From: Sphingomonadales bacterium
GTDB taxonomy: Bacteria; Pseudomonadota; Alphaproteobacteria; Sphingomonadales; Sphingomonadaceae
Direction: 5' to 3'
Length of the DNA stretch: 64,000 bases
Assembly: GCA_031424175.1 (NCBI GenBank)
Contig: JANPGY010000008.1
Span: forward strand, 7,253 to 71,252
The notes under the pieces are model-generated. The model worked only from the letters and a program-made list of their open reading frames with translations. It ran no database searches and had not been told where the DNA came from. Of this stretch, positions 61,308 to 64,000 are shown one piece after another (position 1 is the stretch's first letter; each line of letters begins with the position of its first letter). Position numbers and translations under genes: made by a program.

Positions 61308-61323
61308 CGGCACCGGATATGCA
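61308..61323 (+). promoter_or_regulatory. Candidate sigma-54 promoter
   Basis: CGGCAC-cggat-ATGCA: exact GG-N10-GC spacing, two mismatches to TGGCAC-N5-TTGCW. Confidence 0.4.
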
Positions 61324-61348
61324 ACTGTGATCGCAAATGGAGTCAGCG

Positions 61349-62665
61349 ATGTTCAATGCGGGTCGTAACGATCTCTCGGCGTTCTGGATGCCCTTTACCG
61401 CCAACCGCGCTTTCAAGGCGGCACCGCGGCTGCTCGCCGAGGCCGAGGGCATGTATTTCCGCACCGACGATGGGCGCACCGTGCTCGATGGTATTGCGGG
61501 GCTGTGGTGCGTCAATGCGGGGCACGGCCGCCCCGAAATCGCCGATGCGGTTGGACGGCAGCTGCGGACGCTCGATTTCGCGCCCGTTTTCCAGATGGGG
61601 CATCCGCTTGCCTTCGAGGCCGCGTCACGGCTTGCCGCGATCGCGCCAGAGAGCATTGACCGCGTCTTTTTCACCAACAGCGGGTCCGAAGCGGTCGATA
61701 CCGCGCTCAAAATCGCGCTCGCCTATCATCGCGCGCGCGGTGAACCGGGGCGGTTCCGGCTGATCGGTCGGCAGCGCGGCTATCATGGCACCAACATCGG
61801 CGGCACCTCGGTGGGTGGCATGGTCGCCAACCGCACCGCATTCGGCCCGCTGCTCGCCGGTGTCGATCATCTGGCGCATACCCACCTTGCCGCCAACCGC
61901 TTCTCGGTCGGGCAGCCGGAGCACGGTGCGGAGCTTGCCGACGGGCTGGAGGAACTGGTTGCCCTGCACGGTGCCGGCTCGATCGCCGCGGTCATCGTCG
62001 AACCGGTCGCCGGTTCGACAGGTGTGCTCGTGCCGCCGAAAGGCTATCTCGAGCGGCTGCGCGCGCTCTGCACGAAACACGGCATCGTGCTCATCTTCGA
62101 CGAGGTCATCACCGGCTTCGGTCGCCTCGGCGCGCCCTTTGCGGCCCAGTATTTCGGCGTCACGCCCGATCTGATCACCTGCGCCAAGGGGCTGACCAAT
62201 GGCGCGATGCCGATGGGCGCGGTGCTCGCGGGAAACCATATCCACGACGCGATTATCGACAGCGCACCCGAAGGTGCGATCGAGCTGTTCCACGGTTATA
62301 CCTACTCGGCGCATCCCGCGGCCTGTGCCGCCGCCTGCGCGGTTCTCGATATTTATGCGCGCGAGGATTTGCTGACGCGTGCGGCCAGCCTTTCTGGCAG
62401 ATGGGCATCGATTCTGCACGGGCTGCGTGACGCGCCGCACGTGATCGACATCCGCAATCTGGGCCTTGTCGGCGCGGTGGAGCTCGATCCGGTTCCGGGC
62501 AAGCCGGGCAAGCGCGCGTTCGACGTCTTCAAACGGTGCTATGATGCCGGCGTGCTGGTGCGCGCCACGGGGGACACCATCGCGCTGTCACCGCCGCTGA
62601 TCATCACCGACGCGCAGATGACCGAGATCGCGGGCACATTGGGCGCGGCGCTGAACGCCGATTGA
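61349..62665 (+). CDS. Class III omega-aminotransferase (beta-alanine/polyamine:pyruvate type)
   Basis: LSAFWMPFTANR, GLWCVNAGHG, NSGSEA, FDEVITGFGR, CAKGLTNG. Confidence 0.92.
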   Translation: MFNAGRNDLSAFWMPFTANRAFKAAPRLLAEAEGMYFRTDDGRTVLDGIAGLWCVNAGHGRPEIADAVGRQLRTLDFAPVFQMGHPLAFEAASRLAAIAPESIDRVFFTNSGSEAVDTALKIALAYHRARGEPGRFRLIGRQRGYHGTNIGGTSVGGMVANRTAFGPLLAGVDHLAHTHLAANRFSVGQPEHGAELADGLEELVALHGAGSIAAVIVEPVAGSTGVLVPPKGYLERLRALCTKHGIVLIFDEVITGFGRLGAPFAAQYFGVTPDLITCAKGLTNGAMPMGAVLAGNHIHDAIIDSAPEGAIELFHGYTYSAHPAACAAACAVLDIYAREDLLTRAASLSGRWASILHGLRDAPHVIDIRNLGLVGAVELDPVPGKPGKRAFDVFKRCYDAGVLVRATGDTIALSPPLIITDAQMTEIAGTLGAALNAD

Positions 62666-62726
62666 GCAGCACATCGGGCCGTCGCTTTTTTTTCCGCGGC
62701 GCGCCAGAATGAAACAGGGGTGATTT

Positions 62727-64000
62727 GTGACCAATGAGGATATGGGCGACTGGATCGCCCGCAACGGGATCGCCGAGGTCGAGTGCATCGTTCCCGACAT
62801 GAACGGCATCATCCGCGGGAAAATCATTCCCGCCCCCAAGTTCGTGGCAATGGTTGCCGACCGGTCGCTGAGGATCCCGTCGAGCATCTTCACGGTCACG
62901 GTGACGGGCGACTATCCCGCCGACGCCTATGCCGTGCCGGTGACCGATCCGGACATGACGCTCATTCCCGATGCGTCGACGATCCGCATCGCGCCGGGGT
63001 TCCGCACGCCGACGGCGTGCATCATCACCGACGCCATCGGCCGCAACGGCGAGCCGATTGAATTCGCCCCGCGCGAGGTGCTGCGCAGGATTTTGCGTTT
63101 ATATGCCGACAAGGGCTGGACGCCGGTCGTCGCCCCCGAACTCGAATTCTTCCTGACCGCGGTCAATGCCGATCCCGATCTTCCGCTACAGACGCCGACG
63201 GGCCGGTCGGGTCGTGCCGAAACCTCGAGCGAGCCCTATGGTCTCGAGGCGATCAATGAATTCGAAGATCTGATCGAGGATCTCTACGACTATGCCGAAA
63301 AAGCCTCGCTCGAGATCGACACGCTGATCCACGAATCGGGGGCGGGGCAGCTCGAAATCAACTTTCGCCACGGCAACGCGCTCGAGCGGGCCGACCAGTC
63401 GATCCTGTTCAAACGCATCATCCGCCAGGTCGCGCACCACCACGGCATCTATGCGACGTTCATGGCCAAGCCGATGCAGAACCAGCCGGGCTCGGCGATG
63501 CATATCCACCAATCGGTCATCGACGCGGACGGCCGCAACATCTTCGCCGAAGCGGATGGCGAAAATTCGGCGCTGTTCCTCAACTATCTGGGCGGACTGC
63601 AGCGCCTGCTGCCGCAGGTCGCGCCGATGTTCGCGCCCAATGTCAACAGCTTCCGCCGCATGAAACCGGTCTATGACGCCCCGATCAACGTGCACTGGGG
63701 GATCGACAACCGTACCTGCGGGCTCCGCGTGCCGCTGTCGGGCGGGCAGGACCGGCGGGTCGAAAACCGCCTTCCCGGCGCTGATTCGAACCCCTATCTC
63801 GCCATGGCCGCGACGCTGCTGTGCGGCTATATCGGAATGGTCGAGGGTATGGAGCCGCGCGATCCCATCACCGGCTCGGCCTATCGCCTGGCGCGCAGCC
63901 TCCCGCGGACGCTCTACGAAGCGCTTGACCGGTTCGAGCAGAACAAGCTCGTGCGGCCCTATCTCGGTGAGGCTTTTGTCGATACCTTCGTCGCGATCAA
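62727..64000 (+). CDS. Glutamine synthetase-like gamma-glutamyl ligase (PuuA/PauA-like), cut by window end
   Basis: Own translation: EVECIVPDMNGIIRGK, APELEFFL, HESGAGQLEIN, FMAKP, GSAMHIHQS, RVENRLPGADSNPYL; absent from the track because it has no stop. Confidence 0.92.
   Translation, partial: MTNEDMGDWIARNGIAEVECIVPDMNGIIRGKIIPAPKFVAMVADRSLRIPSSIFTVTVTGDYPADAYAVPVTDPDMTLIPDASTIRIAPGFRTPTACIITDAIGRNGEPIEFAPREVLRRILRLYADKGWTPVVAPELEFFLTAVNADPDLPLQTPTGRSGRAETSSEPYGLEAINEFEDLIEDLYDYAEKASLEIDTLIHESGAGQLEINFRHGNALERADQSILFKRIIRQVAHHHGIYATFMAKPMQNQPGSAMHIHQSVIDADGRNIFAEADGENSALFLNYLGGLQRLLPQVAPMFAPNVNSFRRMKPVYDAPINVHWGIDNRTCGLRVPLSGGQDRRVENRLPGADSNPYLAMAATLLCGYIGMVEGMEPRDPITGSAYRLARSLPRTLYEALDRFEQNKLVRPYLGEAFVDTFVAI

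Overview
GC-rich chromosomal window from a Sphingomonadaceae-like alphaproteobacterium; the taxon is inferred from gene order and gene content. It holds about 60 CDSs, mostly housekeeping: phaC-phasin-clpS, murA, thiL-hppA, argB, pstSCAB, nrdA/nrdB, class I fumarase, thiC with a TPP riboswitch, infC-thrS, ppc, rne, amiC, glpX, hom and mtnP. Accessory or less-explained elements are: (i) a carotenoid locus, crtG-DUF2141-MipA divergent from crtY-crtI-LOG-crtB, with a convergent TonB-dependent receptor; (ii) a two-gene ribbon-helix-helix module with a palindromic candidate operator wedged between nrdA and nrdB; (iii) a frameshifted IS3 transposase relic after a phoU-less pst operon; (iv) a head-to-head LD-carboxypeptidase / MurC-Mpl-like pair; (v) a GATase-aminotransferase-GS-like cluster sharing an 11-bp upstream motif. 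Cis-elements read directly from the DNA include two PhaR-type boxes, sigma-EcfG-type promoters, an AUA start for infC and an anti-SD hairpin behind the riboswitch. No rRNA, tRNA or CRISPR array was seen. Family assignments come from motif recognition by eye, not database searches.
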